Assembly (NCBI GenBank): GCA_032718475.1
Contig: JAUCBJ010001714.1
Span: 1 to 32,165 of the forward strand
Direction of reading: 5' to 3'
Origin: Nemertoderma westbladi
Taxonomy: Eukaryota; Animalia; Xenacoelomorpha
DNA length: 32,165 nucleotides
Part shown: piece by piece, positions 22,815-32,165 of the stretch
How the letters are laid out: the number at the start of each line of letters is the position of its first letter
Numbering within the stretch: position 1 is the stretch's first letter
The notes under the pieces: generated by a model
Told to the model about the DNA's origin: nothing
Seen by the model: the letters and a program-made list of their open reading frames with translations, nothing else
Database searches by the model: none
Program-made: the position numbers and the translations under genes

Positions 22815-24935
22815 GTGAGTTGTTTGTTTACTTTGTTTGCCATGCGGTAAGGGAATTATTACACGATATATTGCGTAATATATTATAATTGTAATTAACT
22901 AAACTTTTTCCACAGTTATCAACTTATTGCTACCTTTTTATTTCAGGTTTTAGTCTTATTTAATAATTAATTAACTTTAATTAATTTACAGATATCATAA
23001 ATTCAGTTAACGGGCTGCCATTATCTATTACTCTATCGATTGTTTATTTTCTTTCATAAAGGGAATTTTACATGAGTTGATTACTATAATGTTTGCAGCA
23101 CATCTGTTATGGTTGATGTTGGGAATTCGTTAGTCTAATATCGTCCATTATTAATCTTGGCAAACGATATCTGATATTTATCCATTTGTTGCAGTGAATC
23201 TTTTGTTTAGTGACCTTGTTAATTACTGTAACCCCAATATTGTGTATATTAATATATATTATATGTTAATATCCAATATTGTAAATTGTCAGTGTCCCAA
23301 ATCATCATTTTATTTAGCCATTGTAGTATGTACCGTATTTGAAAGCTTTTCGATATATAATGTCTATAGGTGTAGGTGTAGCAACCGCCATCGTGTGATT
23401 TAATGGAAAGCCAAAAAGCGTGCATCGTTTGATAAATGGCATAACTGGCAAAGTGCGTTGGTTTTAATGGAACTGTTATCTTATTAACTCCCCTTATCGC
23501 AATGTCACCCACTGTCAGAAAGACATTAGCTTTATGGTATATCTCCATTTATCTCACAATGCAGGTTGAAGTAATTGTCAGTGAAGTGGCACATATCTCC
23601 GCAGCTACTCGCACCTATAAGTGGCTTTTAACTATTATAGAAAAAATCGTTGACTCTATTTAGAGGGCGATTTCCAATGTCGAGTCGAGAGGCCATTATA
23701 ATTTATTTATTTGTTTCGTCGCCAATAGTTAGGTATTTTTGAAACACTTTATTGGCGTGCAAGTTTATATTTGAGAAATTTACGTTCAAAGTTTCATATT
23801 TTATTTTTTACATGCTAGAGATTATTTAATACCAAGCTGAAATTGAACTGTATTACATTGTTGTTGCACTGTACAAACATCGAATGCTTTGTAGTATGTA
23901 TTTAGTGTGAGTGCACAGTACAACTAAAACTTCAACTGCAACTTAACCCACTGCAATACTATTGGGGGGGGGGGGGGGGGTTGGGGGTTGTTTTGTTTTA
24001 TGTGCAGAGGGGACGATGGTGCGTATATTCGAGAACTACCAGACAGCTACTGAATTAATAGTATGTTCTAGAATTGAATATATTTTAATTTATCCGTTTG
24101 AACAACTGTATCTCAGATATATATTCAACATATTGAGTTCTGTCCGTAAGAATAGATCCGGGTGATGGTAATACAATGTTTTGGCGATACAATGTGAGCC
24201 GTAATATCCCGATGTCAATGTCCCGTAATATATTGTCAATTTCTGATGCCATGGACTCCCGCCCCATAATTTTTTTATATACCGGTATTAAATAATCTCT
24301 TTTATTCAGCTAAATTATTCAATTTCTTATTATTTTATTTAATATAACAAGTTAAATAATAAAATAACAAAGGAAGAATGGCTAAGATACAAGGGCGCAA
24401 TATGAAAAAATTTGTAGGAAAATGTATATTAGGCGGGGGGGGGGGGGGGGTGGTCCGTGTCATCAGAAAACTACACTATAATAATATGGATCATGTCACG
24501 GTGTACCGTTTCATTCACATCTATCTGGTATTCTTTTAATCTCTCATCTTCCCATAACATTGTCTCCAATGAATACTAATGGCAATGGCTCATCCAGTAT
24601 TCTCCTTTACTGCGTTCTGTGAGATACAATACTGCTATATGCTGCTATATGGCATGCTCTGTGCTCGGCTTCTTTCAGCAATGATGGATAAGGTAATACA
24701 AACATTGAGTGATGCACTCCGGGTTGGCGTACACTTGTCGGAGTTGGGGACACGGGTTGAACCTTTTTACATGTTGTTTGGGCTACCAGCAAGAAACATA
24801 TTTATTGCACATTGGCCACAAAGCGCATTGCATCTGTATGATTCTCATTGATAACCTTCCATTATTAGGCCCATGTGAAGTATTAGTATACCATGGTACA
24901 TACGTTCTGCTGTTGTATTTCACTACTGCAGTATA

Positions 24936-25184
24936 CCCCGCATGTGAAGAATAGGCCTACCATGTTTTCACTAAAGTAAAAACCCAGATAAGAGAAGGGA
25001 TGAACACTGAATCTAACCAAAACATTTAATCGAAAGAGCGTGTATAGGTTATAAAATATAAATAGGCGCTATAAATCACTTAAGTAAGAATAATTTAAAA
25101 AATTAAAAATAACAAATTCTTCATATACCGTATAAATTTTCATTCAAATTGAAAAGTGAAAACCTTGTATTCTTCACATAGGGG
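24936..25184. mobile_element. Small MITE in the Shal intron
   Basis: TIRs CCCCGCATGTGAAGAATA / TATTCTTCACATAGGGG; an inverted relative lies at 31415-31588. Confidence 0.65.
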
Positions 25185-26689
25185 TCTTTTAGAGATACAG
25201 AGGGATGACAAGATGAAAACTAACGTTTGAACCAAAATTGAAGAAATTTATTATATTGTCTTGTTCAGTTCAAATTTGTATACCGGTATGGATATCTTCA
25301 TCATTCGCACAAATGGGTATAGTTACTCGTTAGTTACCAATGCTGCTGGATGGCATGTCCATGTAGGACTGACATTTTCTCTCTATGCATATCAGCATAT
25401 CATTATGTTATGTATTCATTATAATCTCCGTTCGACCTTTGCTTTCCCATATTACGTCTGTGATGCTGATTATGTATCTTTGAGTGATGTCGATTTACAC
25501 AATAGACACAGGCAGATAGGTTGGTTTGTATTCTCTGTGGGTGGCACTTCATGCTCTCTAAAATAATGATATATCCGTCTTTTTGTCCCACCTGGAGGCA
25601 CATCATTCGCGTGCGGTGTAGTCAGTGTTCTTTCTTGACATTTCCTTATGTTTGATAATTTCCTTACCCCAGAGCTACTTTCGCATCTACATTATCGATT
25701 TGAAGATTTTCTACCGTTAATTAGCAGTTTTTCTACACTTTGTGCTTAAAGATCTTTTGCTGTAATTATATAATATTCATCCCCGGTGCAAATTTCGTTC
25801 GTTGTCCCATTATGAAAGGAGGTGGATGTACATCTAATATGTATTTATATCGGTTTAAGAATGTTGCCGGTTTATAGGTTGTCTTATGTTTAACTGTGGT
25901 AGTCGGTGGTGTAAAGGTTAGCTTATATTGCATTTTTATGTATAGGAAGGTGAATGGATGATAATTATTTACTACACTACAATGAAAAGGAATATATTTT
26001 TTTCTTATGATTACCTACCATATTATTGGAGTTTCTTGATTTAAGATTACACTTTTTGTCCGTTACGTACATGAAAATACAGTACCGGTAATATTAGAAT
26101 TCATTTTTTCCTATATTATATTTCCAACCCATGCCACTATAAGTTGATTCCACCTTAGTTAAAGTAGCACAGCCTTATGCCAGGTTATCCATCATAAAAC
26201 TTAAGCTTACAGACTACAACAACTAAGAGATTATCTACTATAAATTAATGGATAATTACATTTAGAGTGTTTGGATGAATATTGAATGTGTATCAGATAG
26301 GTTACCGTTATTACATATTATTACGCAGTTTAGTTTAAATGCAATCAATTATTTTTACTGTCTGCATTAACTAGTATTTCAACTTGTTATTTGAATTCGT
26401 GCGTTCGTATGATGGTTCGTTGTGGCGTCGGTAACAAAATTATATACATTTATTGGATAAATAGTCAAGTTAACCTAAGCAAAAATAAAGGGTAACCCAA
26501 AACTAAGTATTTGGTTTTATTATAGATTAACTCGACTAAAAGGTATATAAACGTAAACAACTTCTTCTCACTAACTCACGAGGTATATCATTTACCTAGG
26601 GCGAGAATTGTTTGATTGAGCAAAAAAGTGTTGTCCGTTTTTTTCAATTCCCCCAATCTTGGCACTCACTGGATGGGAGCCGCTTACTC

Positions 26690-26910
26690 TTTGTAGGGCA
26701 TTACCGGTACCTCTTGTGCTTTGGCGGCATCGTGGGGATATTAAGCATGGTCGACAGCCCATGACTTTCTTGAGACGGCTTTTAAATGAAATTTTTCATT
26801 GAAGATGTGGACAATTTCGCGAAAGTCTTAGGTGATAAGGAGATGTCAGATGTGGCGGCGCAATTTTAAACCATAGGCCGGCATAGCATTCGTAATGTGG
26901 CTGCAATGCA
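26690..26910 (+). mobile_element. Old diverged third fragment of the RTE-like family (3' end)
   Basis: TAAGCATGGTCGACAGCCCATGACTTTCTTGAG, TTGAAGATG, GGCGCAA, GCCGGCATAGCATTC and GCTGCAATGCA match 13410-13612. Confidence 0.75.
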
Positions 26911-28240
26911 CCACGTCGATTATAGAGATATCCCAAATAATATCTAGGGAATAAAACCGGTTGTGATTTATTTCTGATTGGAATCCGCATCGCCCGTAAG
27001 CCTATGGGTGCGGGGTGGATCGTTCGTATTGGTGGGATTTGGAAGGAGAACGCCTCACTGCCTACACCAATACTTCAAAGAATGTCTTCAGATGCCAGTA
27101 GCTCAGCACCCAGAACCGCGTATAAATAGGACATTTTCCCAAGGAGTTTTTTAATGAGTGTTTACTGCGTTCTCTGTGCTTCAAATGCTTCCCACAAAAC
27201 CTCCGTACAACCGCGTCACACGGCCTTGTTAAAATGGTGGAGTGGAATTCATTGTTTGATTAAAGGGTTTGACGTAAGTAGCATATAGATTTTTTGGATT
27301 GCAGATCGAGGGATTTGTTTGAGTTGGTCATTAGTCCTGTTTGCCGGGATGTGTGCTGCCGTGTATCCCGCCAATCATGGGCATTCTTCTTATCCCATTT
27401 CCACCCCTTCCCGGTATTTCCGGCGAAGAGCCGTACGCCCGAGGCTAGAAACAGCGCTCAGTCACCCATGAAGGCGGCCTTGTGTACGCCGCGTGTCACA
27501 TCTAATGAATCTTTTGCTTTCTAATTAAAATGTTCATTGTGCGTATCCTTGGCCTTTCGATGTATGAATATATAATATATTATCTACAGCCACGCCTGTC
27601 TTTCTTACGTTCATTTACATATGACATTTACTCTGAGATATTTTTTTAGATGTGCAATTACTTTAATTTTCAAGGAATCGCGTCGCCACTAACTAGTAGC
27701 CACGCCTTGGAGTTTTCGGTTACTCGTAAGCCTGGTAGTGCTGAGGTTATCCTTCTACTCTGTCTCACAGTATCCGGGGTTACTCAATAGTTGGCGTAAT
27801 TGGAAGGAAACCATTTTTATACAAGTTCCGTGCCACGCAGAGACTTTCCAATTATAACAACTTCTATAGGTTTCTCGTGAGACTATCCGCATTCCTAGGC
27901 CTATCCTTGTATTTCATCGTCGTTTCATCTTGTTTCCAAAATTTTTAATTTATTTGCTGGCTAGTTTATCTTGATTAACATTGTCACCATGTTTCTATGA
28001 GCTTATTCCTACCCAATCTCATTTTAATAGGATATTTCCATTTTGGCATTAGGTTATGCTATGCATTCCTAATGAATATTGATAATAAATAGGAGGAAGG
28101 CTAGAATTGTGCAGATTATGTGAACGGTGAAGTGCTTAAATATTAGATAGAGGTATTTTGAGGTCCGCGTAGCGAGACCTAGTATTCACTCCGTTGTTGT
28201 TGTTGATTTCTCGTTAGGTTTTGGTATTAAGGATTGATAC

Positions 28241-28275
28241 GGCCCCAGTGGCTCAGTTGGCAGAGCGTGGGACTT
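28241..28275 (+). other. Truncated tRNA/SINE 5' head (A box only)
   Basis: GGCCCCAGTGGCTCAGTTGGCAGAGCGTGGGACT resembles a tRNA 5' half with D-arm; no B box or 3' half seen. Confidence 0.5.
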
Positions 28276-30321
28276 CTCTAGGTACTCTAGGTGAATGTTT
28301 TTTGTTGTAAGATTGGTAGTAAGCCATTCAAGGACACAGTTCATGCGTTAGTAGACGCGAACCTTTGCGCGATTTCGCGCTTGTTTGTTCTTTATTTCCC
28401 TATCCACTGATGATAAATATTAAATATAAGCTTACTGTACCAGTAGGTAACCCGGTAGGTTGCCAAGGCAATGGAGTGACGTTGGCGCTGCAATCAGCAC
28501 ATTAGTTTATCGTGTTGCCACCTGCCAAATTATTGATGTGACTTAATATTAAAAATGAATGAAATTTTATTATATGAAAGTTGCTGGCCATCTTTAAAAT
28601 GGCTGTGTGCTGCGACTTCCTGCCGGCATTGATTAGCTATATTTCTTAATTTATTTTCCAAGGTGGTTGCGGGACGGGTTATATTACACTAGCGTCGTCA
28701 CACGGTAATGCTGCGTGTGTGTATCTCAGTGCAATCCCGTCCTTCTCTGTAAACATGGAGCAACTGTAGGCCTGAGTCCGCTAGCAAAGTAACCGGACTC
28801 CATCCATTCCCGTTCTCTGAGCCCCTACCGGCTCCAAATACTGCCCACTGGGCACCAAAGAGGTAAATGCAGGTGATTTATTGTTGGTTTCGCCCGATTT
28901 CTTATAGGCGGGCATTAAATTCATCGGGTTTTTACGACACTCCTGTGTACATTCCGTTCTTTTTTGTCCATTAGCGTCGAGACATTTTCCTGGGGTGTCG
29001 TGTAGTAAGGATGGCGAAACGCAGTTTATGAATGAAATGGTTTTTATTACATTTAATTTGGTAAACGGAGGTATCCTTGCATACGCTGATACGCACGCAT
29101 TAGAATATTATTAAAGTATCCTAAAGTACTTTTGTGTTCGGACAGTTTATATTCCAGTATACTGATGATGTATGCTTTAATGCCACAACGCTACGCCAAT
29201 TGACTAAATCTTCCCATTAGATGAATGTTTCTTGGGGTATTTGACGTTTAAAAACTTTGTGGCAGTGCACTTTACCTCATGGTGTAAAATAATTAAGAAT
29301 GCATAATATTATATTATATTGGTGACAGGATATTTTATCAGTAATTGGAAAAGCTCAACCTCAATATTAATGCTTTGTTATCTTTATAATATTAATATAT
29401 TGCAGTATGTTGATGTTGTGGATCTGCGTAAGATATTTGGTACCGGTATTGTAAATGTTTGAGGTGTATATCTCTGGGGGACGGACCCTTGAGATAGGTA
29501 ATCGAGTGCTATCTTATAAGATGAGCCGTATTGTGGCGTTTATCGCTCTACCACACAACTCCGCCCGCTTCGCAGATAATCAACCCTACCGATTGTTCCC
29601 GCCGTAAATTGAATTTCCCCCAAACATATCTCGCGCGCGTTGCCATTGTTACATTTATTTCAGTTCCTTTGGGCTTTGTTCCTGCAAAATTCAATTTTCC
29701 ATAAAGGCTGTGCTTAAATAAATTAATGTGATTTATTGCGAATGGGTTGGTGTTTAGTTTTAGAGGGTACGAGTGTTTCTTCGAGGATAACCTTTCTCGC
29801 ATTATTGTGCGCTTTTAATGCCCAATGCATGCATGTAATAATATATTATCTACCTATGTTTTTGCCACACCCATTTTCCATTACCGTACTTAACGACTTA
29901 AACCCGAGTAGTGCTTGGACGCAGTCCGTTTGCTACTCCCTAACACATTTGTTTCTCATTGCAGATGCTGATTATACTATTTATTTAATGGCTAATTATT
30001 TACAGCAGTTTTTTTATTGCAGTAATAATGAATATATATAGACAAATATAAAAAGTGATAGTTTACACAACATAGTGTATAATTTTATTCGTGTACAGTA
30101 TTTCCGAAACAAAATTATTAAATTCTCTATGTTACAACTCTGACCCCAGCCATAACGGATGCCTTCCTAATTATCTACCAGTCGACAACCTGTACTGGGC
30201 CTTTTTAAAAAGGGATTAATTATTAATTCTTTAAACGCAACAACAACCCATAATCTATATTGGCATCGGAGATGACAATTAATTCGAATTCCTTTTTGTG
30301 TGCACGCTGCTGATACTATAG

Positions 30322-30484
30322 GTACGGAGACATGGTGCCCAACACAATCGTTGGTAAGATGGTAGGCGGTATGTGTGCGTTGAGTGGTGTTCTGGTTATC
30401 GCACTGCCAGTACCCTTTATTGTAAGCAACTTCAGTCGCTTCTACCACCAGAACCAACGTATGGATAAACGCCGATCACAGAAG
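30322..30484 (+). CDS. Shal (KCND): Shal/Kv4 pore-S6 exon, copy A (163 nt)
   Basis: TAG|G TAC GGA GAC completes TTLG-YGD; encodes [54 protein letters not shown]; donor AAG|GTAGGT. Confidence 0.93.
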
Positions 30485-30561
30485 GTAGGTAAATTAGATA
30501 CCCCCCGCGCCACCCAAATAACGGCTATTAGCAATAACCACCTTCGCCTTGTTTCTGGTTA

Positions 30562-30725
30562 TGCATGCGTCGGTGTTATAGAAAAATAACTGCAAGCTTT
30601 AGTTATATTGTATTGATTTACTTAAAAATGTTGTATCCGTTGCAAATGTCTGTTAATTTATATATTTAGTTTGTAGAAGTCAGTTTACGATGGTTGCCTT
30701 GGCATCGAGCTGTCTATTTTGCATG
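30562..30725 (+). promoter_or_regulatory. Two Rbfox-type TGCATG motifs between exon copies A and B
   Basis: TGCATG at 30562-30567 and 30720-30725 within a 271-nt intron. Confidence 0.5.
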
Positions 30726-30755
30726 CGCAACTACCCCCCGTTTGTATCCTTGCAG

Positions 30756-30918
30756 TTATGGCGATATGGTTCCGAATACAATGTTTGGTAAAATAGTAGG
30801 TGGATTTTGCGCTCTCTCTGGTGTCCTGGTGATTTCGCTTCCCGTTCCCATAATTGTTTCAAATTTCAGTCGATTTTATCATCAGGATCAGAAGTCAACT
30901 AAACGTCAAAAACAGAAG
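30756..30918 (+). CDS. Shal (KCND): Shal/Kv4 pore-S6 exon, copy B (163 nt)
   Basis: CAG|T TAT GGC GAT; encodes [54 protein letters not shown]; weak donor AAG|GTTATC. Confidence 0.9.
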
Positions 30919-30958
30919 GTTATCCCGAGCCTAATCGCGGAACTACCATTTGTTTGAG

Positions 30959-31117
30959 CTAACCGGGCTGCTAGACTAGCTAAATTTTGTTGATTCTCGC
31001 TGTTTGTGTAACTAAATATTGGTTGAGCTAACTTTTGTTGGAGGTTGGAGCTAACTTCTGTCTAGGCTAACTTATGCTAGAACTAACTTTTGTTGGGCCT
31101 AACTGCTCAAGTCTAAC
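30959..31117 (+). promoter_or_regulatory. Cluster of seven CTAAC motifs (STAR/Quaking-type sites) downstream of exon copy B
   Basis: CTAAC at 30959, 31028, 31051, 31067, 31083, 31099 and 31113. Confidence 0.55.
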
Positions 31118-31414
31118 ATATTTCGCTCGATGACATCTGTAGATTAACCGTACCTGTTGTAACTAATTTTGTTTGTTTTGCTTATGGGCGACGGGCGTCT
31201 TGCCTGTCTCCTAGTGATGGGTGTAGTGAAGTCAATTTAATGCTATTATTGATCATTAATTATTTGTAACATGGTAGTAGAGTTTAACAGGTCAATCCGC
31301 TCCAGGCACTCCACGACATTAAATGTAAGTAAACCTTCGGCAATTTTACCAGGGAATATGCCAATACGCCCCAAAGGAATCTAGTACTCATTTTTATTTT
31401 TTACTTTATTGATA

Positions 31415-31588
31415 TTTTATATATGTAGAATTTGTATCTTTTTAAATTTCTCGCTAAGTGTGTTTTGTAGCGCCTATTTCTATCTTATATAACCTGTACA
31501 TATACTAATTCGTTTATTGTTTTGGTTAGATTCAGCTCTTCTGTAACCTGGGTTTTTAGTGAAAACATGGTATTCTTCACATGGGGGG
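31415..31588. mobile_element. Inverted partial copy of the 24936-25184 MITE
   Basis: TAGCGCCTATTT..TATAACCT..TTTTGGTTAGATTCAG..TTTAGTGAAAACATGGTATTCTTCACATG is the reverse complement of about 24940-25110. Confidence 0.7.
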
Positions 31589-32165
31589 TAAAGTGAAAAG
31601 CGAAAGTTTAAAGCGGAAAATCTGATATACTTCACATGGAGGCATCCTCACAAAGCTGCCATTTAAGGATGCAGGGCAGAGATCGAGGTCTGACTTGTCG
31701 TTTCAGTGTACTTATTGAACCACTACACCAAGGAGGATTTTATTATATTTAGCTTATTATTTTATTTATACCACTCTGATGTACCTGATTTTCCAAGTGG
31801 ATTCGTTAACAATTTATATGCAATGTGTGAATGAGTAGAGATTTTTTATAACTTTTTTATAAATTTTCTATGAATTTCTCCCGAAAGACCATCATTACGT
31901 TCGATTGTGGTTGGAGTATGAGGTTCTATGAAATAGTGAAGTACAGTATTGTATATTTTCGATCAACGGAGTGAAATACGTAAGGAATGGATAATGTTAC
32001 GGAATAATAAGCGGTGGAAGCCCCCCCCCCCCCCCCCCCCCCCCGGCCTGCGGGTACTTGGTCGTGGCACAACATGAACAAGAAGGTCGGTGATATATGT
32101 GCTGCATATACGGAATGTATATGCATGCAGCATATGTTTGTCTCTTATATTATATGGAACGTCGT

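Noticed and set aside
28161-28183. Hairpin GGTCCGCGTAGCGAGACC-TAG as a Helitron-type end
   Set aside because: An isolated short motif with no matching other end or second copy in the window.
28241-28275. tRNA gene
   Set aside because: Only the 5' half and A box; no T-arm or acceptor pairing.
8737-29168. Other CTGATGA cores (near 8737 -, 24460 -, 28407 +, 29162 +) as hammerheads
   Set aside because: No GAAA at a suitable distance and no flanking stems.
29401-29462. Possible third degenerate pore exon (CAG|TAT GTT GAT…AAG ATA TTT GGT, YVD…KIFG)
   Set aside because: Wrong spacing and phase, no GYG or PVP, early stop; likely chance.
29940-29971. Consensus-like acceptor (CTAAC…TTTCTCATTGCAG) that would give a Gly-Cys-stop poison exon
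   Set aside because: Such cryptic acceptors are common in AT-rich introns and cannot be supported without transcripts.
22815-30321. Short ORFs of 60-101 aa in the Shal intron as nested genes
   Set aside because: No recognisable motifs; lengths are consistent with chance.

Overview
Eukaryotic (most likely invertebrate animal), AT-rich, repeat-dense genomic DNA, not prokaryotic. Left end: a near-intact two-ORF non-LTR retrotransposon (minus strand) whose EN-RT ORF2 has no AUG before the first endonuclease motif and overlaps ORF1 in the -1 frame across a G_GAU_UUA heptamer. It is followed by a truncated intronless LEPROT/Vps55-like sequence. Middle (7-20 kb): MITEs and foldback DNA elements, a tRNA-derived SINE, decayed LINE fragments, a 17-unit 55/56-bp minisatellite, and a ~100-nt unit in which a minimal type I hammerhead ribozyme sits between Pol III A and B boxes ahead of a T6 terminator. 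Right part: the 5' portion of a Shal/Kv4 (KCND) potassium channel gene. Its 163-nt pore/S6 exon occurs as two tandem diverged copies (candidate mutually exclusive exons) with nearby TGCATG and clustered CTAAC splicing-regulator motifs. The gene continues beyond the window. Clade assignments are by eye from motifs, and repeat boundaries are approximate unless stated.
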